DNA of 55,297 nucleotides, filler included, from Streblomastix strix (GCA_008636045.1; 3 parts of 3 records of this genome joined end to end with filler, not necessarily neighbours in it); one strand, 5' to 3'. Counted from the whole stretch's first letter, positions 37,222 through 53,100 are shown. Notes: generated by a model not told the origin, from the sequence alone. Translations and numbers: made by a program.

Positions 37222-40034
37222 TCAAAACATATCAAATCTTCTCCTCTCAGACTTCCAGAATTAATAATTCATTTTCTCCCAAATCATTGAAGCATTAATT
37301 TCTTCAAATTCTCCTTCTTCTTCTATTTATTCTTCAACAGTTTTAATTATTTTAAATATTTCTTTGATTTTTGATATTATTTCATATCTTGAATAAAATT
37401 CACATCTACTCAATTATTCATTTTCGAAATTATTATTAATTAATAAACATTCTACTTTCTCTTTAACTGCAAGTGCTACTTTTTTCATATTGGCATTTGA
37501 TCCAAATTTAAGAATATTATAAGTTAGTGGAATATATTTAGTAGATACTTTTCTTTTTTCGAAGAGAAAATCTTCAAATTTTCCTTTTAAAATTTCTTAG
37601 TGATTTTCTTTAAATAAACAAACAAACAAATAATTATTATTATAAGAATCATAAGAATTACAGATAGTAATATTAGAAAAATAATATATTTGTTAAAAAA
37701 AGCAAATTTATTTATACCTCGACATTCCGCTAGAAGAGCAAGTTCTTCAACTCTAAAATATTTGAGTATTTCGATGACTTATTTTTTGATATTAGGAGGA
37801 AGTGTAAGTGCTTTGAAAAGATATACAATTGCTAATGTTATATTAGAATTTTATATATTCTATAGTTTGAATTATAAAATCAATTTTGATATTGTACCAT
37901 CCTATTATAATTATTGAAAAAATGGATGTTATTATCCTTCATTTACAGTTTTCATTCCTACTCTAATTAACTTCAATATTACTTCATTTGCTTTCAATTT
38001 AACATTTTTATCCTCAGATTCCAAAATCTTCACCATTGATTAAATAGTTCTAATTTCAAATAATTTTTAACTTAATTCAATTGGAAGGTTGTATGGAAGT
38101 TAGTTAAGTATATCAAGCTAGAATGATTTTAATTATTTGAGAGGAAGAGAATTAAAAAGATCAATAAAATGATGAAAAAATTATGTTTCTTCATCAATAA
38201 TTTCTTTAATTGATTTTAAATATATTAAAAGTTGTTCTTTAATGTTTTTGCAAATGTAAATTATTTATCCCTCTCCATCTTCTTTTATAACAGCTTTGTA
38301 AATCATTTCATTTATCATCTATAATAGCCCAGCTTTAATTAATTCAATTTATCCTTCTTCGCTTCTAAATTATATTATTCTTCCAATTATTACAATTTAT
38401 TTCATTTAATCTGGATATGCATATGCATTCAAAAGATATTTTGCTTCATCAAATTCATTAATATAACTTTATTATTTTGTTATCTCATTAAATGATTCTT
38501 TTGTTACTGAATTTTAGATTATCTGTTTTGTTTGTGTGATGCCAAATATGAAGAGATTGAGAAGAAGATCAAGAGAATATTTAATTGTAAGATAATTAAC
38601 ATTGAAACCTTTTGACTATTTTCTATAAAAATATTATATTAATATGTGAAAGTGTGTAAATTGAAATAATATTTATTTTTATTTAAAATTATTATTTTAG
38701 AATTATTGCAAACTTAACCCAATCAGATGCATTTTCAATTAAACCTTCAGATATTATTTCTTTATGATATTCTATTAAATTTAAAATATAAAATTGAATA
38801 ACATGTTTAGATTTATTAAATTAATTAATATTAATATAAAATGGTAATTTAATTAAATGAACCTTAATTTGCAGAAATATAATAAAGCGATTCTAATGCA
38901 ATTTGTCTATAATCATTATCAAATTTTGCATAATCACAAAATTTTTTGATTACTTGATCTTTTAGATTGGTAGGAAGTTTAATTCCTTAGGAATAAAGAG
39001 AATCAAGAAGTTTCAAAGCATTTTTCTTATTCCATTTATCACTTTCAATATTTAAAATAACATCTTATATTAATGTTATTATTATTTATTATTACTCAAA
39101 TTAAGCCAAATAAGGATGAGGAAGAGAAGGATTAAGAAGTTATTGTAAGTGAGATTGAGACGAAGAAGATTATTACTATGGAATTTATTACCATCCTTTA
39201 TTAATGATATATTTAAATATTAAAAGAATTGTACTTTGAATATTTTTATTTATATTTCTCAATTTGGGAGCAAGTATTTGAAACATTCCCATTAAATATA
39301 ATTAATGAGTTAGCTCAGCTGATCCAACTAAACTAATATTACATAATGCATTAACTATATTTGTAATTATTTATTCATTTGTAGTAAGTTTGATCAGACC
39401 AATTAATTCAATAATGAAGTCTGTATGTGAAACTAAATCAACACCTTCTTTTGAATGTTATGCATTTGCTAAAATTTAATTAACATTTCCTGTTATTTTT
39501 TAATTTATTTTATTTATTTCATCTGAAATATTTTCTTATTCTTATGATAAAATTGAACGAACTGCAAATAATGCATTTGAGAGTTAATTGAATAAATCTA
39601 ATGAAGCAGCTTTAACATCTTTAAGTTATTTTAATTATTATTAAATTAAAATTAATTAATTAATTGAAATTGACTTTATTGGAGGAAAAGAAAATTATAT
39701 CTATTTGATTGGTAATAATTACGAGTATGATGATGTAACTCCAAAGATTGGAGAAATATGATCTTATTAAATTTATGTCAATTGTTCAATAGGAAATATT
39801 TAAGTAGATTTGAGTTATTTGAAATTTTCAATTTCTTCAATGTCAATTTTTCCAATCTAGCAGCATTATAACTAAAAAGAGTTCAATTTAGTATTTTTGA
39901 GTTATTATTATTTTCATATACTATGATAACATACTCATCTTCTTCCACCACTTTCAACTTATCAGGACCCCTGTACGTGGAGAAAATCAACTTTTGATAA
40001 AAAATTATCAAAAATCTCAAAAAAGAAATTTGAT
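37222..40034 (-). CDS. ARM/HEAT-like helical repeat protein, multi-exon; 5' end uncertain
   Basis: Repeated units (PHPYLAQFE; QHPFFQQLQQDGTISKLI...LAIVYLFKALTLPPNIKKQVIEIL...ELALLAEC.ENH.EIL) and C-terminus EEGEFEEINAS. GT-AG introns near 38840, 38715 and 37717; stop TGA 37224-37222. Confidence 0.75.
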
Positions 40035-41143
40035 CTATATTAATTAAAAATTATATAATAAAGCTAATATTAATTAAATTAATAAAAAACAATAGCGAAT
40101 TAAGAAAAATCTGTTATAGTTAAAAAATTAAAAAAATCAAATTTGGAGCTAGAAACTGTCCGCTGCTTTTTGTTAGCTATTTGAAGGTATTTTTGATTGA
40201 TATTCTAATTTCAGAGTCTAAACACATCATAATTATTATTTTCCAAATATATAACAATATAGCAATCAAACAATCGCATGGCAACAATTTTTGCGCACTT
40301 TCTAATTTTCTTAATGATCCGATCACAAGATCAAATTTTATTGTTATTTATTTCCCATTTAACATTTATTTATCAAATAATGATGGGAAAGAATTGAAGT
40401 TGCTGTGAAGCAGTAGAGTAAATGGACTTTCTTGAATAATTTTTTTATTAAATCTTGATTTTTTTCATTTATAATGATATTTTCATTTGTTCTATATATT
40501 GTATTTGTTTATTTTTCTATTATTTATTCAAATAACTAAGTTGAGCACATTTTTTAATTGCGTATCTTGCTGCACATTGCGAAAAATTTTCTTGAGCGAA
40601 AACTTGCCGATAACATAAAGTGTAGTTTGTTATTTTTTGTTTTAATGCTAATTATATATAATAATTATTTATTATATTTATATTTTATATTTAAAATAGA
40701 AAAATAGAATATTAAAGCAAGTGCAAATGACGAAATTGTTAATTTGTCCGATTTCCAAAGGTACTTAAATATTCAAAATACTAAGTTTATTTAGAACCTT
40801 TATTTATAGTTTTATTTATTATATTTCACAAAAATTAATTCATCATTTTTATTCATTTACTAATATTTCTTTGTTTAATTTTTAGACATTTAAATACAGA
40901 CCTTCTGAGGCTTTATGCAATATTTCAAATATGCCAAAAGTATATTATATACTTTCTAATTCATTCAAATTGAGCAAAACCTTCGAAATATTAGTATTTA
41001 AGTTCTCTATTTAATTTTTTTTTACAGTTTTTTAATCTTTACTCCACAACAAAGAATTATTAAACATTATAATACAAATTTTTAATACAAAGTCGAGTTA
41101 ACCTCATCATAATATTTTATTTTTAACTTTTATTTTTGCCTAG

Positions 41144-44100
41144 ATCAGTATTTTGAATTTTTCTCAAAATGTCAAATTGAACGAAAGTGCTGTTGGATTA
41201 GAAAAATTGACAATATTTATTTCAAATTATTATTTAATAATTATTTCTCCACTTTCTTCCCAACAAATACCTATTTATTAATTCTATTTATTAGATATAA
41301 TTTCAGAATCAGTAGTAAAATTAATGTCAGAATCTTCTAATTAAATTAATTTTTCAGTAGAGATTGGATGATCACAGCTCATTCTTTCAATTAATTGTAA
41401 TTTTTTTTTCTGAAAAATAATAAATAAATATAAATAAAATATTAATAAGTTTAATATTTTAAAAAAATTGATACTTATTAAAATAAAAACGAAATTGTTT
41501 TTTTATAATTAAGGATTGAAGTTCTTGTTATATGAAAATTTGTAAAAAAATTAAAAAAAATTAAAAATTTGCAATGTATCATGTGGATTTGTTGAATGAT
41601 CAAATTTATGAAATTTTTGTTTAAATTATGTCAAATAAATATTGATTTTATAAATATCAATTTATAAATATATTAATTATAGTAATTATTTTTGTTTTGC
41701 TACTGTTGCGTTTGTAACATTTTAGAAGTCTATAATTAAGTATTTTTTGTTAGAAGCTAACATTATACAATCAAAATCATACGTTAATATATAAATTAAA
41801 TGAATATTATTGAAATTTTAATAAAACAAATTTTTTGTGCCAGACTAATAATTATAATCATTAAAACAATTATTTTTATATTTAACAAATTTGAATATTA
41901 AATATTATATTAAAATAAATATTTTATTTAATTATTTTATCCTACAAAAAATGTTATAAATTTTCCTTTTTTTTAAAACCTTAATAATTCTGTTAACAAT
42001 GAATTAATTTTATAAGAATTGGTTTTAATTGTTTTTAATAATTTATTTATTTAATTTTTATATAAAAATGTCAAAAAATATTTAAAGCGACATTTAAAAA
42101 TAATACTATTTACTTTTTTTATTCATTTTTTTCTAAATTTTTCCTCATTTTCTTTAAAAAATCTTATTTATTTTTTTCCAAAATTATTTATCTTTTAAGA
42201 ATACACGCATTTATGATATCTTTTTAAGAAGTTCAACAGTAAATTTCTGTTAATTCAACTAAATATTCATTAAATAAGGTGTTTCATATCAAACAGAAAA
42301 ATTAATTTGAGCTAGTATGTAATTTTTTTATTATGATTTGTTATTAATATATTTGCAACAGTTTATTACATCAGATTTAAGTAAATATTAAATTGAAATC
42401 CATCTAAACGCAGTGAATTAGTCAAAACAGTAAGAGGAAATTATTAACTTTGATTGGATTAATGGAGAAGAAGAAAATTAATATCTTTAAAATAAATGTT
42501 CATAATAGTAATTATCATAATAATAATAACTTAATATTATATAACAATCAAATTCACTAAGCAACAATAATAATTAAATTACATCAATATCATAACCACT
42601 ATTTGTTCTAACTGCAAAACACATATTTCTATTTTCCATTCAACTTAATATATCCGAATTAAATTCATTACCTAATAACAATTTCAATTATAACGAATTT
42701 TATTCAAAATCAAATATTTCTGTAATTTTAACATAAACAATCAAATCAAATTCAAACATAAGTTAATAGCAAACTTTTATTTGGCACAAATTAAATAATA
42801 ATCCTTCTTTGTTATTAATTTGCTCACAAAATGTAATTTTGAAAGAAGAATAAATAATAATAAAGCATGAAGATGAATAAAATAATATTCATAAGAATAA
42901 TTAATTAAATAATATTAACAATATCAATTAATTTAATTATAATTTATAAATAAAAGAACAATAATAACAAATGAACAATAATCAAAACTAATCTAAAGAT
43001 AATAATATCTATAAAAATGAATTAGAAGAAGAAGATGAATGGACTGAAGTTGATGTAGTTGATATTGATGATAATTAACGAATTAATAAATAAAATGATG
43101 AAATTTAGCTTTAAATTGATTAAAAATAAGAAAAATAAATAAAAGGAAATTAATAAATTAATTAATAAAACAACAACTCATAAACATCTAATAAATAATC
43201 AAATTCATCAATATAATAATTTGATGATCATAATATCAATAAAATCACATCATAGAAAGAATATATAACAACGTACAATCTCTAACTGTATTATCTTCCA
43301 TCTTAATTAATATTAAATAGTATAATAAGTGAATGTTAAAATATCAGTATGGCAAATATGAATATAATTGAATAATATAAATCGAAATAAAACGATTGTA
43401 CAGAAAAATATGAATTATTAGACGATGAAATGAAAAATTATGAACAATTTTAAAATATTAATCAATAATACAATAATACTAATAGTGAATAAGATAAAAT
43501 TGAAGAAGAATAAATAAATATTGATATAATTTAAATTGATAAAACAAACTAATAAGAAAAAATAATATAATCATTTAGTTCTAATAATAATTTCTCACTC
43601 TAGAATAAATATAAATAAGATATATTTAAACTTATATAAGAAGAAATGAATGAACTAATAAATAATAATAAAAAGAAAATTAAGGAAAATTAATAATTAT
43701 TGCATAATGAATAATATGAATAATTAATTGATTAGAATGATTATATTAATAATACTAATAATAGATAATAAACAGATGAATAAGAAGAAAAGAATTAAAA
43801 TATTGACTAATATAATAATAATTAAATTGAAATAGAAACTGAATAGCAAGAAAATGAATTTGAAGGTATAAATATTAATGAAAAGTAATTATAAATAAAA
43901 TCTGATAAAATAAATAATAAAGTATTTATTGATGACGAAGAATTGAATTAATAGGATAGATAAAGCTTAATTTTTAATTCTGCTATTAAAACAGCTGCAA
44001 AACTATATATTCGCAACAATGATGTAGATAAAGATAATATAAATAATAAAGAAAAAGAATAATTTAAAATAATTAACATTGAAGATAATAACATTGATTA

Positions 44101-47100
44101 ATATAATCAAAAATAAATGTATTATATGAAACTTCATAAAATATGGGAAGCTGTTGACGTTAAACTTGAGAAAGAATAAGAAAATATTAAAATTTGTGAA
44201 TAATAAGAATAAATGAATGAAAATAATAAAATTTCAACAAAATCATAAAATTCAACATCTTCGCAAGTTTCAATATTAATTCTGTACAATAAACCATTTA
44301 TTGCAATTGGAAATTTATAAGATCATTAAATTGCTATAATTCCTGTTCTTCCATATTATTTCTAATATATATAATAAATTGAGAATGAAATGTTGATCCA
44401 AATTGAGAAAATGAATGACAGTAAATAAAACAATAATTATTAAATTGTTAAATAAACTAATAATAAAACATCTTCATTATCATCTTTATATTCAAAACTC
44501 TACTCTTCAATTCGTATTTCTTTCATACATTGTTTCATCTCACTTATAACTCCTCCTCCAATTCCGCTTTATTCGGTATTTTCATTGCTTTATCCATCAT
44601 ATCCGATATTAAACTTCAAATTATGTAAATAAATTAATTTAATTAAAAATGATAAATAAAAATTGGAAAATAACTAATAAGAAAGTTAAGAAATTATTTA
44701 ATTAATTAATTAAACGATCAATATATACGATTATAAACCATATTCTTCATAAGGTTAATTTTCATTTCCTTCTTAACTAATTAATCTTCCATCATTACTT
44801 TCTAATAATAATAATTTTGAATAAAATTCTTCTTCTTTGTCAGCTGAATTAATTTCACCAAATTTTCTCTATTAAATTCCTTTTTAATAATTTCCATTTG
44901 CAAACTCGTTCATAATTCAAACAATCAGAGCTAAATAAATAGAATTAGTAATGAAGAAAGAATAAGAAAAGAAAATAATTCTATAAAATAGGAAAATTAA
45001 ATAAAGAGAAGATAAATAAGAAAATTAAAGAAAAAGGAAAGAAATATAGTAAAATGTGATAATGATGGAATAGATGCTGATGATTAATGCAGATGTGAAT
45101 GTAATTATCAATGAAATAGAAAATGTTGATGAAAATTAAAATATTAAAAAAAATTAAAAAAAGTCACGAAAATTAAGTAAATAATTGAATAATAAATAAT
45201 TACATTAACTACAGTTACAAATATAAAATCATTAAATTTAATAAAACGATTAAAACAAATAATCTTCTTTGTCTCCACACAATTCAAATCCATAATAATA
45301 ACAATAATAATAAAATAATGAAACCTTTTCATAAATTTTCGCTTCTCCAAAAAATTAATAATAATCACAATAATAATAACAAATAAAACATCAATAATCA
45401 CCATTACATTCATAAACGTAAAATGTTAATATAACAATTTCTCCATAATAACATAAATAGCAATAAATAATATAGCAACAACATTTCATCCGTTCCATAT
45501 CATCCTCACCATATCCACAATATCCAAATTAATACTTACATTCATAATCACAATAACCTTCTCTTCCTCATCCTTCGAATCTTCCTTCTTAGTTTCAGAT
45601 TGTCAACTAATAGTATGTTGTTAATTCAAGTTATAGTCAATAATAATAACAATAATAATACAATTAAAACACAACTTCTCCAAATCATATTCATATTCCA
45701 TTACAAATTCAATTTCATTCTCCTCTCTCACAGAATAAGAAATAAATTAATCTTTATAATAATTAGATTATAAAATAGGTTTCATATTAACATATTTATT
45801 CATATTTGTCTTATCTTTCATCATTTTCATCATTTGTTCCACTTCCTTCTTTATTATTGAACAAACAATTTTGCTTCTCTATAATTCATACATCTATATA
45901 TTTGGGATATGATTATTAATAATTAAATGATAATAATATTGAAAATTTTAATAAAAATTTAATTAGAAAGAAAGAAAATTAAATAAATAAATAATAATAT
46001 TCTTCAATTCAAAAGTCTTTCATCACATCAATAAAATAATCTTTTTAAATTCCATTGAGTTAAAATCAATTTAATGATAGCATAGATAATCAGCATATTT
46101 AAAACAATGAGAATATTTTCTCTACTCCAAATTTCTTTAATCTTCATCGATATTCTCAAATATAATAAATGAGAGAAAATGACTTAAAAAGAAAATAAGA
46201 GATGAAACAATAAATAAATAAGAATATAAATTTAATTTTGTATAATAACAATATGGATAATAATCAAAATAGACAATAATAAGATTAATAATAATAAGAA
46301 AAAATTAAACAAAAATAAAAAGAATATTTAAAAAATAAGAAAGAAGAATAAAAACCATATGAATCTTTATATTTTTCAACTGTTGACAATTTGCTAGTTA
46401 TAATAATTGATTGTTAGGTATGAAATATTATTATATATTTAAATTAATTTATAATTATTATTATTATTTTTTTATATATTTAAATTTGTTATATCTTTAA
46501 ATTTATTAGGATGTTTAATTAATAGATATACTTCATCCAAATAGATAGACATCATTTCCTCCTTTCAAATTGAATCAAAATGATATAAAAATATTAAATA
46601 AAAATGAAATTGAGAAAGATTAAGAAAATTAAACATAAAATTAAACAGTTGAAAAGTAAATATACTTTTCAAGTAACAATTTTTACATAGTCACTAATCT
46701 TGAATAAGATTAATAGTTGACAAAAAAATACACAATTAAACTAAATGATTAAGAGATAAGAAAGAAGTTAGGATTTCCATTGTTTGATATTGAACAATTA
46801 AATTTATTGAATGAAATAAATAATTATAATAAAACTAGTATTTAAATGAAGGATAATAATATAAACGAACCATAATACTTTTAGTAACAATAATCATAAA
46901 TTATTCATGCAATTTATCCTTAATTTGCACAGTTTTATTCATCTTTAATTCGAAATAATAATTTAAATTTAATTAGCATCGATACGAATATAAATATAAG
47001 TAATAATACCTCCAAAATTAGTAACTTTAACTCATAAAATCAAATAAATAATCAATCAAATTATCCTCCAAATAATTTTCCATTATCATTCTTGTTCTTC

Positions 47101-50100
47101 AGATCAAATGGTAAAGAATCTATTTTATCTCTGATTGCATGCATGTTAATACCAAAATTATGGAATTAGAATAATTAATACAATTAAAATATATAGTAAT
47201 AAAGAATAAGTGCGAACATTGATTAATAAGATAATTCATAAATGAATAATAATTTATTATAATAATCGCAATCTTAATTATCGTTAACGCAACCTCAATC
47301 TTAATTATCTTCAGCATAATCCCAATCAGCCAATAATATTTTATCATCTTCCAATTAATAATTCAATTAATCACTTATTTCTCCTATCTAATCATAACAT
47401 TCATTTTCTTTCTCATCAACTCCTCCATCATTAATGAATCTTTCTCCGTCATCATCGAATATATATAATAACAACTATTTCTCGTATTCTTCATATTAGA
47501 TTCAAAATTCACCTTCTGAATAATAGCTGATTTTTTCTCCTTTTACTAATTAGAATTTTAATTCGAGTTTCAATTCATTGGTACAACATTAATAATAAGA
47601 ATAACATTAATAATTAGAATAATATTAATAATAAGAACGCTTTCTTTCTCCTGAAAGATATAGTTAAAAGCATATTTACAAGTAAAAAAGTTAAATGATT
47701 GATTAAAAAATAAAAGAAAATAGTAATGATTTATAATATGATGAATATATTGACAGTGATGGAGAAGAGAATGAAATTAAAAGCGAAAATAAATAATCCA
47801 ATAAACAATTACAATAATTAAAAAATAATGAACATTAAACTGTATTATTATATGAAAATAATAAATAATATCCAAGTTCATAAATTAATTAATAAATTCA
47901 ATATAATTAATCATCTAAAAATACATCAAAATAAATATTTTCAACTTCTTTATTATTAATTCCGCCTCCTTCTGTATTATTCAATATATTCTTATCAACA
48001 TTATACAGATATTGTATTTTAGTAATAATAATTAAATAACTGAATTTAAATTAGAATGAAAATAATGAAAATTATTTAAAGATGAATGAAAATAAAGTTT
48101 TTCAGTTATAGGAAAATAATGTTGAGAATATATCTAATAAACAAAATTATAATAATGAATCTAATAAATCTATTTTTGGGAAACAAATAAAATAGAAATA
48201 TGCATAATTACGAAATAAAAAATTATTCTTCAATGAATTTATTTAGAATTTGATAGAGACAAAAGAAATTTTAGATAAATCAGAATTACAATAATAATAA
48301 ATAATATAAAAAGAAACTCATAATTCGAATAATAATAAAAACTTAATTGTTATTAACAAAGATAAAGAAGAAAAAATCAATGAATTTATTCAATAATAAT
48401 AAGAATATTCAGAACAAATTTTATAATAGTATTTATAATAATATTCAAAATAAACACAACAATTAATATAAAAAATAGAGATAGAAAAATAAATCTAATT
48501 TAAGAAATCACTTTAAATTCAATCAAAAATATAATAATTGAAAGAAAATATTTAAATATTTGCAAAATAATAAAAATAATTTTATAAAAACTATAAACTG
48601 AAATAATTAATAAAATAACTACATTAATAATATATGTATAAATCAGTTATTATTGATAAGTGCATTGATAGAAATGAAATATAATCAATTAATATGAATT
48701 AGATATAAACAATAAACGTTAATGATAATATGGATGAATAAAATTAAACAATTCAAAATTAAAGAGTTATAGATAAATAAAAAATTAATCAATAATAATA
48801 AAACAATTATGAAAAACAAACTATACACAAGATAAACAAGTTAATAATGAAAGGGGAATAAATAATAGATAAAGTTAGTAAATTGGATGAAAAATTGAAG
48901 GAATTATTATAAAATAAAGAATAAGACTTTGAAATAGTAGAAAAAGAAGATTTTATATAATAAAGTTAATAAACGCCAAATAATTATATCAACAATAATT
49001 AAAAATAACTTCAAATTCAAATAAAAGACAATCAATCATCTAAATCCATATTATCCAATCCACTTCAGTATATTTCTCCATCTCCGTAATCAGGAATATA
49101 TTCACTATCTTCATAGTAAAACGCATCTTAATCTCCTCCTAATTATTAATAATTCAAACCTTCTCCAATCTAAATTTATCCATCCAATAATTATATTTCT
49201 CCGTTTAATTCTCCGTCAAAGTCTCCAGTTGCTTTTAAACCAGTTTCCTTATTTCTTCCTACATTTACTCCTCTTGTTTAATCTAATTAGTAATTTATAT
49301 AAAATACTTAATAATAATCATTTTTGCTTTAATAGTCAAATAATGATATTAGTAGTTAATCAAATAAGAAGAAGAATGCACTTAGTGTTTCATTTCAAGA
49401 AAATGATCTAAATAAAATGAGAAGTGAATAATTATAAATTCTTGAGAATTAAAACAAATCTCAATAGACAAACATAAATTCCAATAATATTAAACAGAAA
49501 AATATACTCAACTAATCGCAACCATCCTTAATTGCATTCAACTCATTTTAATAATCATAATAACCACTATAATAAACCCAATTATTATAATAATAATTAT
49601 AGAAATAATTAAATCAATCATAATTATCTCCATAATCAAAGCTATAATCAAATTAATATAATAAATAAAGATACACACCGACCCCTCCTCCTTCTTAATA
49701 GGATGTAATTGTATTATGGAATAAAGAAGATGATAATATAAATAATAATTTAAATAATAAAAATATAAATAATAAATATTAGAAAGAAGATCAAAATATT
49801 AATAACGTCAATCAACAATAATAATAGCAATAACCAACTTAAATCCAACATCCATCCATTATCCATTATTAATCTCATTAATCGTATCCAACCAAACTTC
49901 TTCATCCATCTCCATCTCATTCTCCATAAAATTCATCATTTTCATATTCATTCTCATCTAATTCACCTTTTCAATCAATATCTTAAAATTCATCTTAATC
50001 TTCTTCATCTTAATCATATTCATCATCTTAATAATCTATTTTCACTTCAATTTCTCCATCACATTCAACTTCTTCTTATTCTAATTCTTCTTTCTCATCA

Positions 50101-53100
50101 ATTAACCAGAAATCTTCTTCTCCGACTCCACCTCCTTCCAGATCAGATTATTCGCATTAATCAAAACTTTTTCCCTTGAAACCAAACAAATCTGAGTAAA
50201 CTCATGAATTCAAATAATAGATATAATAATAGTAATAAATATTTGATAATTAAATATAATAATAACAATAACAAATATTTGATAATTCAATTTAATAATA
50301 ACAATAATAAATATTTGATAATTCAATATAATAATAACAATAACAAATATTTGATAATTCAATATAATAATAACAATAATAAATATTTGATAATTCAATA
50401 TAATAATAATCAATAACTTAATATCCATCTAATTTATATTCTCCATCTCGGCATTCAACTCCAATTCCTACTCCTCCACCGTCACTGGATATGTATATAA
50501 ACAAAGATGAAATAGATAAGATTTACATTGATGATCTTAATATGGACTTTGACTAGATATATTCAGAGTCTAGTAAAGATCATATATATTCAGAGTCTAA
50601 TTAAGATGAAAGTAATTTTGATGATAATGATAAATAAAGAAAAAAGAAAAGAAAACATAAATTTAAAAGACTTGAAATTAATGATATAAATAGTGATAAG
50701 AAGATTAATGAGTAATATAATGAATATGTTAATGTTGATATTATAAAAAGTGTCAGTCAAAAATTCGATGATGAATAAGAATAAAAAAGAAGAAGAAAAG
50801 AATAAAAACTTATAAGTAAATAAATTGAAAAAAGTAAGAAAATTGAATAATTAAAAAATATTTAAAAATTGAAACAAAAAGAATTACAACTGTATTTGAA
50901 TACAATTGGATATGAAAAAGTGAAAACAATTAATTATTATACCAACTCATCTAATTAATAACAATCTTTCTTTTCTAATATTATGTTTCCTTCTAAATTA
51001 TTAATTTAATAACCACATTTAAAACATTTTCATTCTCTTCTCCAAACAATTTCACTTAAAATTCCATTTCATATGCAAATGTCTAAATCATAATAATATG
51101 ATAATATATTAATATAAAGAGAATAAGAAAAAGAATTTGAAAGAAAAGAAGTTGAATAAGAATCAAATTAACAATAAGATGATTAATTATTGAAAGAGGA
51201 AGAATAAAAATAAGAATTAAATTAGAATTTATAATTTAGTTAATTTGATAAATAAAACAACATTAAATAAGAAATTAAGTAAAATATTAACTTTTTCAAA
51301 AATAATTATTAATTATTTCACAGCCAATCAACTCAATTTTCATAAATGCTTGTTGGAAACAGAGATCAAAATAACGTTAATATAAATAATGAAATACATT
51401 AATAATGCCTCAATAAAACAAATGAAGAATAAAATTTGAATAAAACTTAAAATTAACCATAATAATCATAATCACAATAATATTAGTAACACTCACAATA
51501 ATAATAATATTTTTCATAATATTCTTCTTTCTCTTCTTCATCATCAAGCAAACTTTTTCATACACTTATTTTCACTCCCAGAAACAAAGCTTTTAAATTC
51601 CCTAGAACTTCAATTTATACAAATTTGCTTAATTTGGCCAAAATTGAGATGAAAAGAGAGAAATAATTTGAAAAAGATGAGAAAATGAGAGAAAAAGAAG
51701 GAAAAATAAAAATTAATGGAAAATCGGAGAAAAAATAAAAAAATAAAAAAAAGTAAAGAAATAAAAAAGACGTAAAATATTAATAATTGAAAATTGATAT
51801 TGAAATTAAAAGTGATTAAATAAATAGAAGTAGATCATTAAAAAAATAATTCAAAACAAAATATAGCCATGGATAATCAACATCATCAACTTTACAGTCA
51901 GAATAATCTTCATCATAATCATCATAAATTTTAGTATCTTCTTCTTCGTAATATAAATCTTAATAATAAAATAATTTAAATGGATATTAAATAGATAAAG
52001 AGGAATAAGCAGAAAATGAAATTATAATTACAAAAGATATAAAAGAAAAAGTTGATGATATAGATAAAATAGATTAGAATTCTAAATTCGTCAATATTAT
52101 TGATAAATAAAAAGATTAGTTTATTATTAAAGAAGAAAATAAATTTTTAAATAGTAAAAGAAAAAGTTAAAGAAGAAAAAAAACATTGAATAAAATAAAA
52201 TCTAGAAACAGTGCCTTCTCTACTTTATTAGATTCTTAATCATCTTCATCAAATCTATTAACAAAACAATAATCAAAATCATAAGAAACAAAAAAGAGAA
52301 ATAATTAAATAAATGATAAAAAAGAATAATTAAACGGAAAAACAGAAAAATTTTAAATTTCCGAACTTAATAATAATATTTCATCAACAACAGATAAATA
52401 AACCAATAATCATAATTAATAATTTCAGTCTCAATCTTTTCAATCATTATTCTCATCACTTCTATCATATACAATTACACCCAATGAAATATTTGATATT
52501 CTTGTATAAATCTGGAGATCAGCTGAAATTAGAGAAATAAGAAGAGAAATGAGAATAATGTGGATGTTGATATAGAAGATGAAAGAACAAATATAAAAAT
52601 TAGATAAAAAATAAGATATTAATAAAATTGATAATTTGAATAAGAAAGAAAAATGTGATTAATTAGAAAGAATGAACAGAAGATATAAATACTCGAAGTC
52701 ATTAATTAAACAAACATAATAATAACCCACATAATAAAATCAAACATCAACTTATTCAATATCTACGAGTTCATTTATACAATAATCTTCATATTTTCCT
52801 ATTATTTCGATATAATTTATTCCACCTATTCAATTTCTTTACAAATCAACTCTTTCTGTTCTTAGAACATATTTCACTGCTTTGTTTCATACACCTATTT
52901 ATTATATTATGAGTAATTAATAAGTGTAAGTTTAATAATAAAAGACATAAGTAACTGATTCAAATTAATAGAAAGAGAATAATAATCAAAATATTACAAA
53001 TGAAATAAGCCATTAAAGAAAAATTAGTAATAATGTAATTTAAATTGATGAATAATATAATAATTAAAACTAAAAAAGGAAATCTTTATAAATTCAAAAT

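Noticed and set aside
882..41611. In-frame TGA as selenocysteine
   Set aside because: The host proteins are not selenoprotein families and the sites do not match catalytic Cys; SECIS elements were not searched.
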